Origin: Meiothermus sp.
GTDB taxonomy: Bacteria; Deinococcota; Deinococci; Deinococcales; Thermaceae
Length of the DNA: 28,712 nucleotides
Reading direction: 5' to 3'
NCBI GenBank assembly: GCA_033762915.1
Contig: JANRLD010000109.1
Location: 1-28,712 of the forward strand
Of the stretch, positions 8,813 to 16,828 are shown piece after piece. The notes beneath the pieces are model-generated. The model was not told the origin of the DNA and ran no database searches. It was given only the letters and a program-made list of their open reading frames with translations. Position 1 is the stretch's first letter; each line of letters opens with the position of its first letter. The translations under genes were made by a program, and so were the position numbers.

Positions 8813-10051
8813 ATGTCTTTACGTACCCGCCTGTCCCTCATCACCGCCTTCCTCACCCTGGCGGGGCTGGGTTTGGCGCTGGGGTTGATGTATGTGCTGC
8901 TCGAGCGACTGGGCCTGGCCGAGATCGACCGCGAGTTGAACCTGCAGTCCCAGACGGTGATCCAGGCCGCACTACTGGATCCCGCCAACGAACTACCCCC
9001 CGACATCGAGGAGGAGTTGGCCCAGGAGACGGGGGTCAGCTCCACGCTGATCTACCGCGATGGGCGCTTAACCTTTGTGAGCAGCGTGCTGAACGTCCCC
9101 CAGCCGCTCGACCCCGAGGGCTTGGGCCGGGGCGCGGGGCTGGCCAGCGTTGCGGGCTGGCGGGTCACCACCCTCTCGAGGGACGGGCTGACCGCGCAGG
9201 TGGGGCGACCCCTGGCCCCCCTCATGCAGTCGCTGACCCGCTACCTCGAGGCAGCCGTGCCGCTGGCACTGCTTCTGGGGCTGGGGGCCGGGCTGACCGC
9301 CTGGCTGCTGGTGGGCTACGCGCTGCGCCCCCTCGAGCGCCTGACCCAGGCCACGCGGCGTTTCGAGGAAGGCGCGGAGGTGCCGCCGGCGGAGGGCAAA
9401 GACGAGGTAGCGGCCCTCAGCCGCAGCTTCGCCGACCTGCTGTCCGGGCTGCGCCAGCAGCGGCTGCGCGAGCAGCGCTTCCTGAGCTACGCAGCCCACG
9501 AGCTTCGCACCCCGATTGCGGCTTTCCGGGCCAACCTCGAGGCGGCCCAGCTAAAGGGCGGGGTCGAGCGGGGCCAGTTGGCGATCATTCACCGCGAGGC
9601 GCTGCGTCTGGAGATCCTGGCCCAGAACCTGTTGGCCCTCTCGCGCGCTGAGTCCGGCGAGACCCGGCCCCAGCCGGTAGACCTGGCTGACCTGGCCGCC
9701 GAGGCCTTCGACCGCTTCCAGCCGCTGGCCCTCGAGCGCGGCCTCGAGCTCGAGCTCTCCGCTGACCCCGCGCCTGCCCTGGCCGACCCCCGGCTCCTCG
9801 AGCAGGCCCTCAACAACCTGGTCATCAACGCGCTGCGCCACGCCCAGGCCCGGCGGGTGCGGCTGGCGTGCGGGAGCGCGGGCGGGCGGGCTTGGCTGGA
9901 AGTGGCCGACGACGGCAGGGGGATGGCCGGGCAGGCCCAGGAGGGTCTGGGCCTGCGGGTGGCTCGGGCCGCGATGGCGGCCTCGAGCGGGGCTTTCTCG
10001 GTTCGCGTCGAGGGCGGGACGGTGGCCCGGCTAGAGCTGCCTAGCAGGTAG
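8813..10051 (+). CDS. HAMP-domain sensor histidine kinase (QseC/PhoQ-like)
   Basis: Two TM helices, HAMP (LRPLERL..DEVAAL), H-box AAHELRTPI, N-box NLVINALRH, DDGRG and GLGL. Confidence 0.9.
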   Translation: MSLRTRLSLITAFLTLAGLGLALGLMYVLLERLGLAEIDRELNLQSQTVIQAALLDPANELPPDIEEELAQETGVSSTLIYRDGRLTFVSSVLNVPQPLDPEGLGRGAGLASVAGWRVTTLSRDGLTAQVGRPLAPLMQSLTRYLEAAVPLALLLGLGAGLTAWLLVGYALRPLERLTQATRRFEEGAEVPPAEGKDEVAALSRSFADLLSGLRQQRLREQRFLSYAAHELRTPIAAFRANLEAAQLKGGVERGQLAIIHREALRLEILAQNLLALSRAESGETRPQPVDLADLAAEAFDRFQPLALERGLELELSADPAPALADPRLLEQALNNLVINALRHAQARRVRLACGSAGGRAWLEVADDGRGMAGQAQEGLGLRVARAAMAASSGAFSVRVEGGTVARLELPSR

Positions 10052-10100
10052 AGGTAGGCCGGCAGGCCGGCGATGGAGGACAGCTCGTTCGCCCGGCGTT

Positions 10101-10211
10101 TAGGAGTTGCGCCAGGGTGAAAAAGTGGAATCGGCGGATAGGGTAAAAACGTGCCTGGGCGGAGTAGCGTACGCCATAGCCGCGGAGCGGCTACCCGAGG
10201 CGCAATCCCCT
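10101..10211. repeat. ~110-bp inverted-repeat-bounded element (family C) between convergent genes
   Basis: Ends ttgcgccagggt / acccgaggcgcaa, with internal hairpin tagccgc-gga-gcggcta (10177-10193). A shorter relative lies at 23476-23531. Confidence 0.45.
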
Positions 10212-10256
10212 GCGGGAGCTGGCGGGCGACATTTCGCATGACAACTATGGAGACCC

Positions 10257-11231
10257 TTAGGTGGGCCTCTCGCTGAATAGCTCGTTGGTTCGCACGAAGG
10301 CCAGCATGAACCTCGAGAGCAGCTCCATCTGGCTCTGGTGGGCCAGGATGGCCTGGTGCTTGCGCTCGAGCACCTCGGGGGTGAGGGGGAGGCGGTGCCA
10401 GGGGAGTCCCTGACCGGTGGTGGGGGGCTCGAGCGGTAGGGCGGGGTGATAGCCCTTGGGCAGGGGCCACTCGAGGCCGCCGTGGATCACCCAGTAGCGC
10501 AGGAGGTCGGCCTCGGCGCGGTCGCCCAGCACCCGCAGGGCCAGCTCGGCGGTGGCGCGGTGGTCGGGGTGGGTGTCGCGCAGCGCGGGGGCCAGGACCA
10601 GGGTAGGGCGGAAACGATCCAGCACGGTTCGCAGATCGCGCTCGAGGCTCTCACCGGTGTAGGGCGCCCCCTCCGAAACGGTTCCGTCGTAGGGCACCCG
10701 GTCGGTCAGGGTCAGGCTCGAGCGGTAGGGCGCAGTGCGGTGGGCGTCGGTGAGAAGCTGGCCCAGGCCCTGGTCGGGATAGCCCAGGAAGAAGCGGTGC
10801 TCGGGCGGCACGCCCAGGATTTCGGCGGCCCGCCTCGCCTCGCCCATCCGGCGCCGCCCCAGCGCGACCGAGGCCGCCCCGGTGGGGCGCAGGGTGCGCT
10901 CGACCAGCCGCACGTCCCACTCGAAGCCGTCGCCGCTGGTCAGCCAGACCACGCCCGCCTGACCGCCCCCGGCCAGCACCTCACGGATGAGGCCCCCGCA
11001 GGCCAGCGCCTCGTCGTCGGGGTGCGGCGCCAGCACCAGCAGCCGAGTCCGGGGGCCGAGCGAAACCCCCGGCAGACGCTCCACCGGGCGGTAGTAGAGT
11101 TGGTACAGCCAGCCGAACACCCACGGCGCATTGATCACCACGAAGCCCCCCACCAGCAGCCCCCCCAGCAGGTGACGGCGCTTGACCAGACGGCGTTTCT
11201 TGTTCTGGGGGGGGCGGAGTTCAGTCTTCAT
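10257..11231 (-). CDS. PIG-L/LmbE-family deacetylase with N-terminal membrane anchor
   Basis: LAPHPDDE, LTSGDG, RRMGEARRA, FLGYPD, HPDHRA and AILAHQSQ motifs. A basic N-terminus is followed by a TM helix. Confidence 0.9.
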   Translation of the reverse strand: MKTELRPPQNKKRRLVKRRHLLGGLLVGGFVVINAPWVFGWLYQLYYRPVERLPGVSLGPRTRLLVLAPHPDDEALACGGLIREVLAGGGQAGVVWLTSGDGFEWDVRLVERTLRPTGAASVALGRRRMGEARRAAEILGVPPEHRFFLGYPDQGLGQLLTDAHRTAPYRSSLTLTDRVPYDGTVSEGAPYTGESLERDLRTVLDRFRPTLVLAPALRDTHPDHRATAELALRVLGDRAEADLLRYWVIHGGLEWPLPKGYHPALPLEPPTTGQGLPWHRLPLTPEVLERKHQAILAHQSQMELLSRFMLAFVRTNELFSERPT

Positions 11232-11256
11232 ACATCCCGGCGGCTACAATCTCACT

Positions 11257-11886
11257 ATGCCCGTGCTCCGTGAAGCCCGCATGGACGACCTCGAGGCCAT
11301 CGGCCAGGTCGCCCACGCTACCGGCTTCTTCGGCGCCTCGGCGGAGCGCTTCTTCCCCGACCCCACGCTGTTCACCGACCTCTGGGTGCGGCCCTACCTG
11401 GCAGGCGCAGGCTGCGGCAACTGGGTCGCCGAGGACGCAGGAGCCATTCTAGGCTACATCATCGGCACCTGCGACCTGCAGGCCTACGGGCGCTGGATGC
11501 TGGGCTACGGCCCTCGAGTGCTCAAGGACGCCCTGTTCGGGCGCTACCCGAACGTGCTCGGCGCCCTGCCCTACCTGCTGCGGATGGCCCGCTATCCAAG
11601 CCGCCTGGCCCCCTTCGGCCTGTACCCCGCCCAGCTCCACGTCAACCTCCTGCCCGGGTCGCGGGGAATGGGCCTGGGCGGGCAGTTGCTCGAGCACTTT
11701 CTGCACGACCTACGCCGGCGAAAGGTCCGGGGCGTGCAACTCTCGACCACCCGCGATAACTCAGCCGCGCTGGGGCTGTATCAGCGGTTCGGGTTCGAGA
11801 CATTCCGGGAGTACCCCAGCCCGCTTTGGCGGCCCTGGCTGGGGCGGGACGCCATTCACCTGACGATGACGCTCGCCCTGACCTGA
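11257..11886 (+). CDS. GNAT-family N-acetyltransferase
   Basis: QLHVNLLPGSRGMGLGGQLL (acetyl-CoA motif A) and NSAALGLYQRFGF. TACAAT -10 at 11245-11250, 6 nt before ATG 11257. Confidence 0.88.
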   Translation: MPVLREARMDDLEAIGQVAHATGFFGASAERFFPDPTLFTDLWVRPYLAGAGCGNWVAEDAGAILGYIIGTCDLQAYGRWMLGYGPRVLKDALFGRYPNVLGALPYLLRMARYPSRLAPFGLYPAQLHVNLLPGSRGMGLGGQLLEHFLHDLRRRKVRGVQLSTTRDNSAALGLYQRFGFETFREYPSPLWRPWLGRDAIHLTMTLALT

Positions 11887-12290
11887 CTGGAGCACCCGCA
11901 CGCCCTCGAGGGCGTAGTGCTCGAGCTGCCGCTTGACCCTGGGGGTCTGGCCCGGTGGCCCGTAGACATAGCCCAGCATCGACCAAGACCGCCAGGGGGT
12001 TTTCGGAGTCGCAGACGGCCCGCTCGAGGCTAAGCGTGGGGTGACCTGGCGGCTTGGCGGCGGGGGTGCGGTGGGCCCGACCGAGCCGTAGGCCTAGCGT
12101 CGCGGTGCCGCTGGGATAAAGCCAAGGCGGCCCCCGGCCCCGGGGCCAATAGCGCCACGGTTTCGGCGGGTCCGAACATGCCCCAAGGTTGGGTGGGGCG
12201 GCCTCGAGTTTTGCGTTTTTGTCACGCCACCTTGTGCACACTCTTCCTCAGAAGGAGCAATCCTTCCGGCAAGCAGAGGAGGCGAGGGAC

Positions 12291-12758
12291 GTGTCAGAGC
12301 TGAACAAGGCGATAGTGCGGCGGTTCGTGGACGAGGTGGTGAATCGGGGCGACCTGGGCGCAGTAGACGAGTTGCTGGCCCCCAACTTCCTCGAGCACGA
12401 CGCGCTCATCCCTGGGACCTCGGCGGGACCGGAGAAAGCAGCCGATAGCGCCCCACGCCCCAAGGGGCGCGAGTCCGCCAAACGCCTTTACGCACTGCTC
12501 CATGCGGGGTTCCCCGACTTGAGGGTCACGGTCGAGGACTGCGTGGCGGAGGGGGAGCGGGTAGCCCTGCGGAGCGTATGGCGTGGCACCCACCGGGGTG
12601 AGTTCCTGGGGCTGGCCCCCACCGGACGCGCCATCGCGCTGGAAAACCTCGAGCTGCTCCGCCTCCAGCGCGGGCAGATCGTCGAGCACTGGGGATTGAT
12701 GGACGGCAGCACCCTGCTCACCCTGCTCGGGGTGCCGCAGAAAGGAGAGCCAGCATGA
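12291..12758 (+). CDS. SnoaL-like ester cyclase (NTF2 fold)
   Basis: NKAIVRRF, AGFPDL...ED.VAEG.RV, GTHRGEFLGLAPTGR and GQIVEHW motifs. GAGGAGG RBS before GTG 12291. Confidence 0.88.
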   Translation: MSELNKAIVRRFVDEVVNRGDLGAVDELLAPNFLEHDALIPGTSAGPEKAADSAPRPKGRESAKRLYALLHAGFPDLRVTVEDCVAEGERVALRSVWRGTHRGEFLGLAPTGRAIALENLELLRLQRGQIVEHWGLMDGSTLLTLLGVPQKGEPA

Positions 12759-13225
12759 ATGATTCGATTAGCCGCCGCAAAAGCCTACAGATCATCGGCG
12801 CCAGCTCGGCAGGCCTGATGGCGGGTGGACCGGCAGTGGCCCAGAGCCAGCCCGCCGCCGTCCGTATTGCCCCCGTAGCGGGGGGCTTGATGAAAGAGTG
12901 GGACTCCCAGGAGTTCACCTTCGATGGCGCCCCCGCCCTGCTGGTACGGGTCCCCAAGCCCGCCGCCGGCGACCGACGCCCCCTCGAGGTCAGGCGCGGC
13001 AGCGAGATCCTCTACCTTACCGCCTACCTGCTGGTCTGCACCCACCAGGGCTGCAAACCCGCCGCCCCCAATCCCGAGCGCAACCTGGTCTGCCCCTGCC
13101 ACGGCAGCACCTACCGAGCCGCCGACGGCTCGGTAATCAAAGGCCCCGCACGCGAGATGCTGGAAGGCATAAAGCTCGAGGTACGGCAGAACGCGATCTT
13201 TGCGGTGGGGTTTTTAAGGCAGTGA
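12755..13225 (+). CDS. Tat-exported Rieske [2Fe-2S] protein
   Basis: SRRKSL twin-arginine signal, CTHQGC and CPCHGS Rieske boxes, GPA. ATGA overlap with the upstream gene. Confidence 0.9.
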   Translation: MNDSISRRKSLQIIGASSAGLMAGGPAVAQSQPAAVRIAPVAGGLMKEWDSQEFTFDGAPALLVRVPKPAAGDRRPLEVRRGSEILYLTAYLLVCTHQGCKPAAPNPERNLVCPCHGSTYRAADGSVIKGPAREMLEGIKLEVRQNAIFAVGFLRQ

Positions 13226-13401
13226 GGCAACCGACCAAACGGGCATCCGGCATGGCGCATGCGGCGTAAGCAAAGCCAAAAGTACAAACCTCACCTCTCG
13301 CCTTGTCGCCTTTCCGCCCACCCCACCCTCTCCCCCGTCACACATCGGCCCTAAGCCCTCTACCGGGTCTGCGTACCCATGTGTCAAAAAAGGAGAACAG
13401 C

Positions 13402-14046
13402 ATGTTCGATCTACGTGTACTGGAGTCTAGCAAAGAAGCCAACCGCCGCCAGTTCCTGCAGGTGCTCACAGCCGGGGGCGTGAGTGTGGCCGCCGCCAGC
13501 GGGCTGGGCCAACTGGCCCTGGCCCAGAGCGGCCCCTCCGACCTCGACATCCTGCAACTGGCCCTAACCGCCGAGTACCTCGCCACCGACGTCTACAGCA
13601 GGGCCCTGATGGCCTCCTTCCCGGCGGGAATCGCCGACTACATGCGCGAGGCCCTCAAGCAGGAAGAGGCCCACGTCAAGGCGCTGCAAGACACCATCTC
13701 TGGCCCCTTTAACGGCAAGCCCGTGGCCCGCCCCGACTTCACCTACGGCGACCTTCAGTTCAACCGCGCTAACCAGATGAAGATCCTCGAGACCATGATC
13801 GCCCTGGAGACCGCCTTCACCGGGGCTTACTTGGGTGCCATCCCCCTGATCTCCAACAAGGCCGTGTTGAGCGCAGCTGCCGCCATCGCCATGAACGAGG
13901 AATCCCACCTCGCCACCCTGCGCGGCGGTCTGATCAGCCTGGGCGGCAAGGTGGACGGGCCCCAGGTGCCCAATGGCCGCGCCCTGGGCGTAGCCATCAC
14001 CCCCGCTCAGGCTACCGCCGCGGTTACCAGCTTCATCAAGAAGTAG
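13402..14046 (+). CDS. Tat-exported ferritin-like domain protein
   Basis: NRRQFL signal; DLDILQLALTAEYL..Y, EEAHV, LE....AYLGA and EESH di-iron-type motifs. AAGGAG RBS. Confidence 0.85.
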   Translation: MFDLRVLESSKEANRRQFLQVLTAGGVSVAAASGLGQLALAQSGPSDLDILQLALTAEYLATDVYSRALMASFPAGIADYMREALKQEEAHVKALQDTISGPFNGKPVARPDFTYGDLQFNRANQMKILETMIALETAFTGAYLGAIPLISNKAVLSAAAAIAMNEESHLATLRGGLISLGGKVDGPQVPNGRALGVAITPAQATAAVTSFIKK

Positions 14047-14119
14047 TCGCCTTACGAACCCAACCCCGCCAGCACCCTTTCTGCCGGCGGAGTTGGGGCC
14101 TACGCCAGAGGAGGCGACC

Positions 14120-14611
14120 ATGAAGCGTCGAAGCGTGGTTCAAGGTTTGGGTTTAGCAGGTCTCGGGCTGCTGGGCGTGGCCCAGGCCCAGAGTACCGAC
14201 GGCATTGCGATTCTCCTCAGCGGGGCAGAGGTTGTCCCCACGGCCGTGGGGACGCCCGCCCTGGCGGTGGTGCGGGTCGAGGCCGATGGGCGCACGCTGA
14301 ATATCCGGGGGGCGGTGGCCAACCTGAGCGGGGCCTTCCGCGACTACACCCGCGACCCCGTGGACGACCCCGCCCTCAACGCCCGCCTGACCAGCGCCAT
14401 CCACATCCACCGGGGGGCCAAGGGCCAGAACGGCCCCCTGCTCCAAGCCCTCAAGGCCGTTCCCGGCGCCGACGGGCGCAGTGCCACCTTCGCCGATCGC
14501 CTCGAGCTGTCTGCCGAAGACCAAGACCGGTTGCGCAGGGGCGAACTCTACTTCGACATTCATACCGCGGCCTTCAGGGCCGGGGAGATTCGCGGCCAAA
14601 TTATGATTTGA
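14120..14611 (+). CDS. Secreted CHRD-domain protein
   Basis: MKRRSVV signal ending AQA; LSGAEVVP, AIHIHRG..GQNGP and LYFDIHT....GEIRGQI CHRD motifs. GAGGAGG RBS. Confidence 0.88.
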   Translation: MKRRSVVQGLGLAGLGLLGVAQAQSTDGIAILLSGAEVVPTAVGTPALAVVRVEADGRTLNIRGAVANLSGAFRDYTRDPVDDPALNARLTSAIHIHRGAKGQNGPLLQALKAVPGADGRSATFADRLELSAEDQDRLRRGELYFDIHTAAFRAGEIRGQIMI

Positions 14612-14633
14612 CAGTCGCAGGTCAAAAGCCCGC

Positions 14634-14656
14634 CTCAGCCCCCCCGAGGGGCTGAG
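14634..14656 (+). terminator. Possible terminator hairpin after the CHRD gene
   Basis: ctcagcccc / ggggctgag stem with only a weak U-tract. Confidence 0.35.
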
Positions 14657-14724
14657 CGCTATTGCCGCTTGTGGCGACCAGGCGGCACGGGTATTGTGGC
14701 GATCGGACGGCCGACGCCCGCTTT

Positions 14725-15909
14725 ATGAACTCTAGTTCTTTGTTGCGTTTCTTTCCCTGGGTGCGCTGGCTCGAAACCCAATCCCCTGGCGTTTGGGGGG
14801 CTTGGTTTTATCTGGGGTTCTGGGGGATTGTGGGGTCGTACATCGGCTTTCTCAACGTGTACTTTGTGCGGGTGGGGTTTTCCGAGGTGGCGGTGGGGTT
14901 CCTAAACTCCTTGCCCCCGCTGATGATGTTGCTGCTGGCTCCCCCAGTGGCGGCCTGGGCCGACCGCCACGCCAAGCGGGTCTGGCTGGTGTTTGGGGCC
15001 CTGCTGATCATGGGGTTTTCGCTGCTGGTGATGGCCTGGGCGGATGATCGCTGGGGTTTGGTGCTGGCTTTTTTGGGGCTTTCGCTGGGCTATGCGCTGG
15101 TGCTGCCGCTGGGCGATGGGCTGATTGCCCGGATGGCCGCCCGCCACCGCCTCGAGTACGGACGGATGCGCTCCTGGGGCAGCCTGAGTTTTGCCCTCTG
15201 TTCGGCGATTTTCGGCTGGCTGTGGAGCCAGGTTGGCTACGAACCGATGTTTTGGATCGCGGGGCTGTTGATCCTCGCGCTGGCCCCCAGCGCTTTGGTG
15301 TTTGAAGAAACCCCGGCCCCGCCTGCAGGGGAGCGTTTTCGCTGGGGTGGCTTGCTGAAGGACCGGGGCCTGGTGGTGGTGCTGCTGGTTGCGCTGTTTT
15401 TTGGCCTGGGCCTGGGCTTTACCGACCCCTTTCTGGCCATCAGCATGGAGCGTCTGGGCGGCAGTGCCTTCCTGATCGGGCTGCTGTTTTTGTGCATCGC
15501 CCTGCCCGAGCTGCCCACCATGCAGCTCGAGCAAACCTTGGCCCGCCGCCTGGGCAATGCCCCGACCTTGGCCCTGGGGTGCGCGGTGTTTGCCGTAGGG
15601 TATGGCTTGCTGGCTATTGTCAAGACCCCCATGGAAATGCTGCTGGCGGCCCCGCTGCTGGGCGTGGGCTACGGGCTGATCTTTGTGGGCACGGTTCGCC
15701 TGGTGGATGCGCGGGTTAAAGCCGAGCGCATTAGCACGGTTCAATCGGTGCGGCACGCGTTGGCTTTCGGCATTACCCCGCTGCTGGCCGGTCCGGTGGG
15801 GGGTGCGGTGTTTGCCAGCGTGGGGCAGAGTTTTTACTTTCTCACGGCCTTGTGCTTGCTGGTGGCACTGGCGGTAGCACTGTGGGGCTGGAGAGAGCTC
15901 GACAAGTAA
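14725..15909 (+). CDS. MFS transporter (MFS_1-like / nucleoside:H+ symporter-like)
   Basis: About 12 TM segments; AAWADR and EYGRMRSWGSLSF motifs typical of the LacY/NHS-like branch. Confidence 0.85.
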   Translation: MNSSSLLRFFPWVRWLETQSPGVWGAWFYLGFWGIVGSYIGFLNVYFVRVGFSEVAVGFLNSLPPLMMLLLAPPVAAWADRHAKRVWLVFGALLIMGFSLLVMAWADDRWGLVLAFLGLSLGYALVLPLGDGLIARMAARHRLEYGRMRSWGSLSFALCSAIFGWLWSQVGYEPMFWIAGLLILALAPSALVFEETPAPPAGERFRWGGLLKDRGLVVVLLVALFFGLGLGFTDPFLAISMERLGGSAFLIGLLFLCIALPELPTMQLEQTLARRLGNAPTLALGCAVFAVGYGLLAIVKTPMEMLLAAPLLGVGYGLIFVGTVRLVDARVKAERISTVQSVRHALAFGITPLLAGPVGGAVFASVGQSFYFLTALCLLVALAVALWGWRELDK

Positions 15910-15952
15910 TGTTTGACGCTTTTGTCACCCTTACCTTGCTATTCTCGGGCTC

Positions 15953-16447
15953 ATGAGCGAATACCGTTTTGAAACCGAGTGGACGTTTGTGGCCCCAGTC
16001 GAGCAAGTCTGGGCCGCCCTGACCCGCCCACAGGACTGGCCCGGCTGGTGGCCCAATGTGGCTAAAGTTGAAACCCTCGAGCCCGGCGATTCCCGCGGCA
16101 TAGGCGGCCTTCAGCGCTACCACTGGAAAACCCAGTTGCCCTATCGGCTAAAGTTTGAAATGCGCACCGCGCGGGTCGTGGAGCACCAGTTGCTCGAGGG
16201 TCAGGCCAAGGGGGAACTCGAGGGCCTGGGGCGTTGGACGCTCAGGCAGGACGGGGTGTACTGCCATGTCCATTACCTTTGGGTGGTTCGAACCCACAAG
16301 CCCTGGATGAATCTCTTGGCCCCCCTGCTGCGCCCGGCTTTCGTATGGAACCACGACCGGGTGATGGAGCAAGGCGGGCACGGTCTGGCCCGTCACTTGG
16401 GCGTTGCGCTGGTTGGGGGTGCAGGGCCTCTAGCCGCCAGCTCCTGA
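15953..16447 (+). CDS. SRPBCC (polyketide cyclase/START-like) protein
   Basis: APVEQVWAAL..P..WP.WWP, LPYRL, GELEG.GRW and P.F.WNHD.VM..G..GL motifs. TATTCT -10 at 15940-15945. Confidence 0.85.
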   Translation: MSEYRFETEWTFVAPVEQVWAALTRPQDWPGWWPNVAKVETLEPGDSRGIGGLQRYHWKTQLPYRLKFEMRTARVVEHQLLEGQAKGELEGLGRWTLRQDGVYCHVHYLWVVRTHKPWMNLLAPLLRPAFVWNHDRVMEQGGHGLARHLGVALVGGAGPLAASS

Positions 16448-16453
16448 CCTGCT

Positions 16454-16510
16454 TAGGGCGGTTCGAACACCCCGCACATCCGGGCCTGCCGGGTGTTCGC
16501 GGGAACGCTG
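16454..16510. repeat. Short family A repeat copy / hairpin
   Basis: tagggcggttc...gtgttcgcgggaacgct with stem cgaacaccc/gggtgttcg. Shares gcacatccg with the reverse complement of the 6209-6304 copy. Confidence 0.5.
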
Positions 16511-16828
16511 CCACGCCTTCGCACTTGCCCCGCACCGCTTTTCCTTACGGGGTGAGCCCTGGCCTGCACCAGCACCCCGGGGCGCCAGACCCGAACTGCG
16601 GGGCATTCGGGTCTGCTCGAGATCGTGTCTGCCGAAACCGGTCTTCCGGCAGACTTCTTCCTGCCGGGTGAACCCAAGGTGTTTAAGGGCCGCTCCCGCG
16701 CCCCAGCGACCGTCGGCCCCGGCCCCGGCCGAAAACCTCAGGGATGTGGGGCAAAGACTTACAATAAGGCTCGACGGGCCAGCCGGCTTGCGCGGCCTGC
16801 GTCCCAGCCCGCCCCCAGGTAGCCCGCC

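Noticed and set aside
13345..13380. Possible ECF-sigma promoter (…TGCGTA) upstream of the ferritin-like gene
   Set aside because: Single instance, no ECF sigma in the window and an ambiguous -35; too weak to call.
12291..16447. Polyketide biosynthetic cluster (SnoaL + SRPBCC cyclase-like + MFS)
   Set aside because: No ketosynthase, ACP or other core biosynthetic gene is present, and these folds are widespread outside BGCs.
16586..16654. Two consecutive hairpins upstream of the S8 protease as a riboswitch
   Set aside because: No recognisable aptamer consensus, and they lie upstream of the likely TACAAT -10 (16760-16765), so they are probably outside the 5' UTR.
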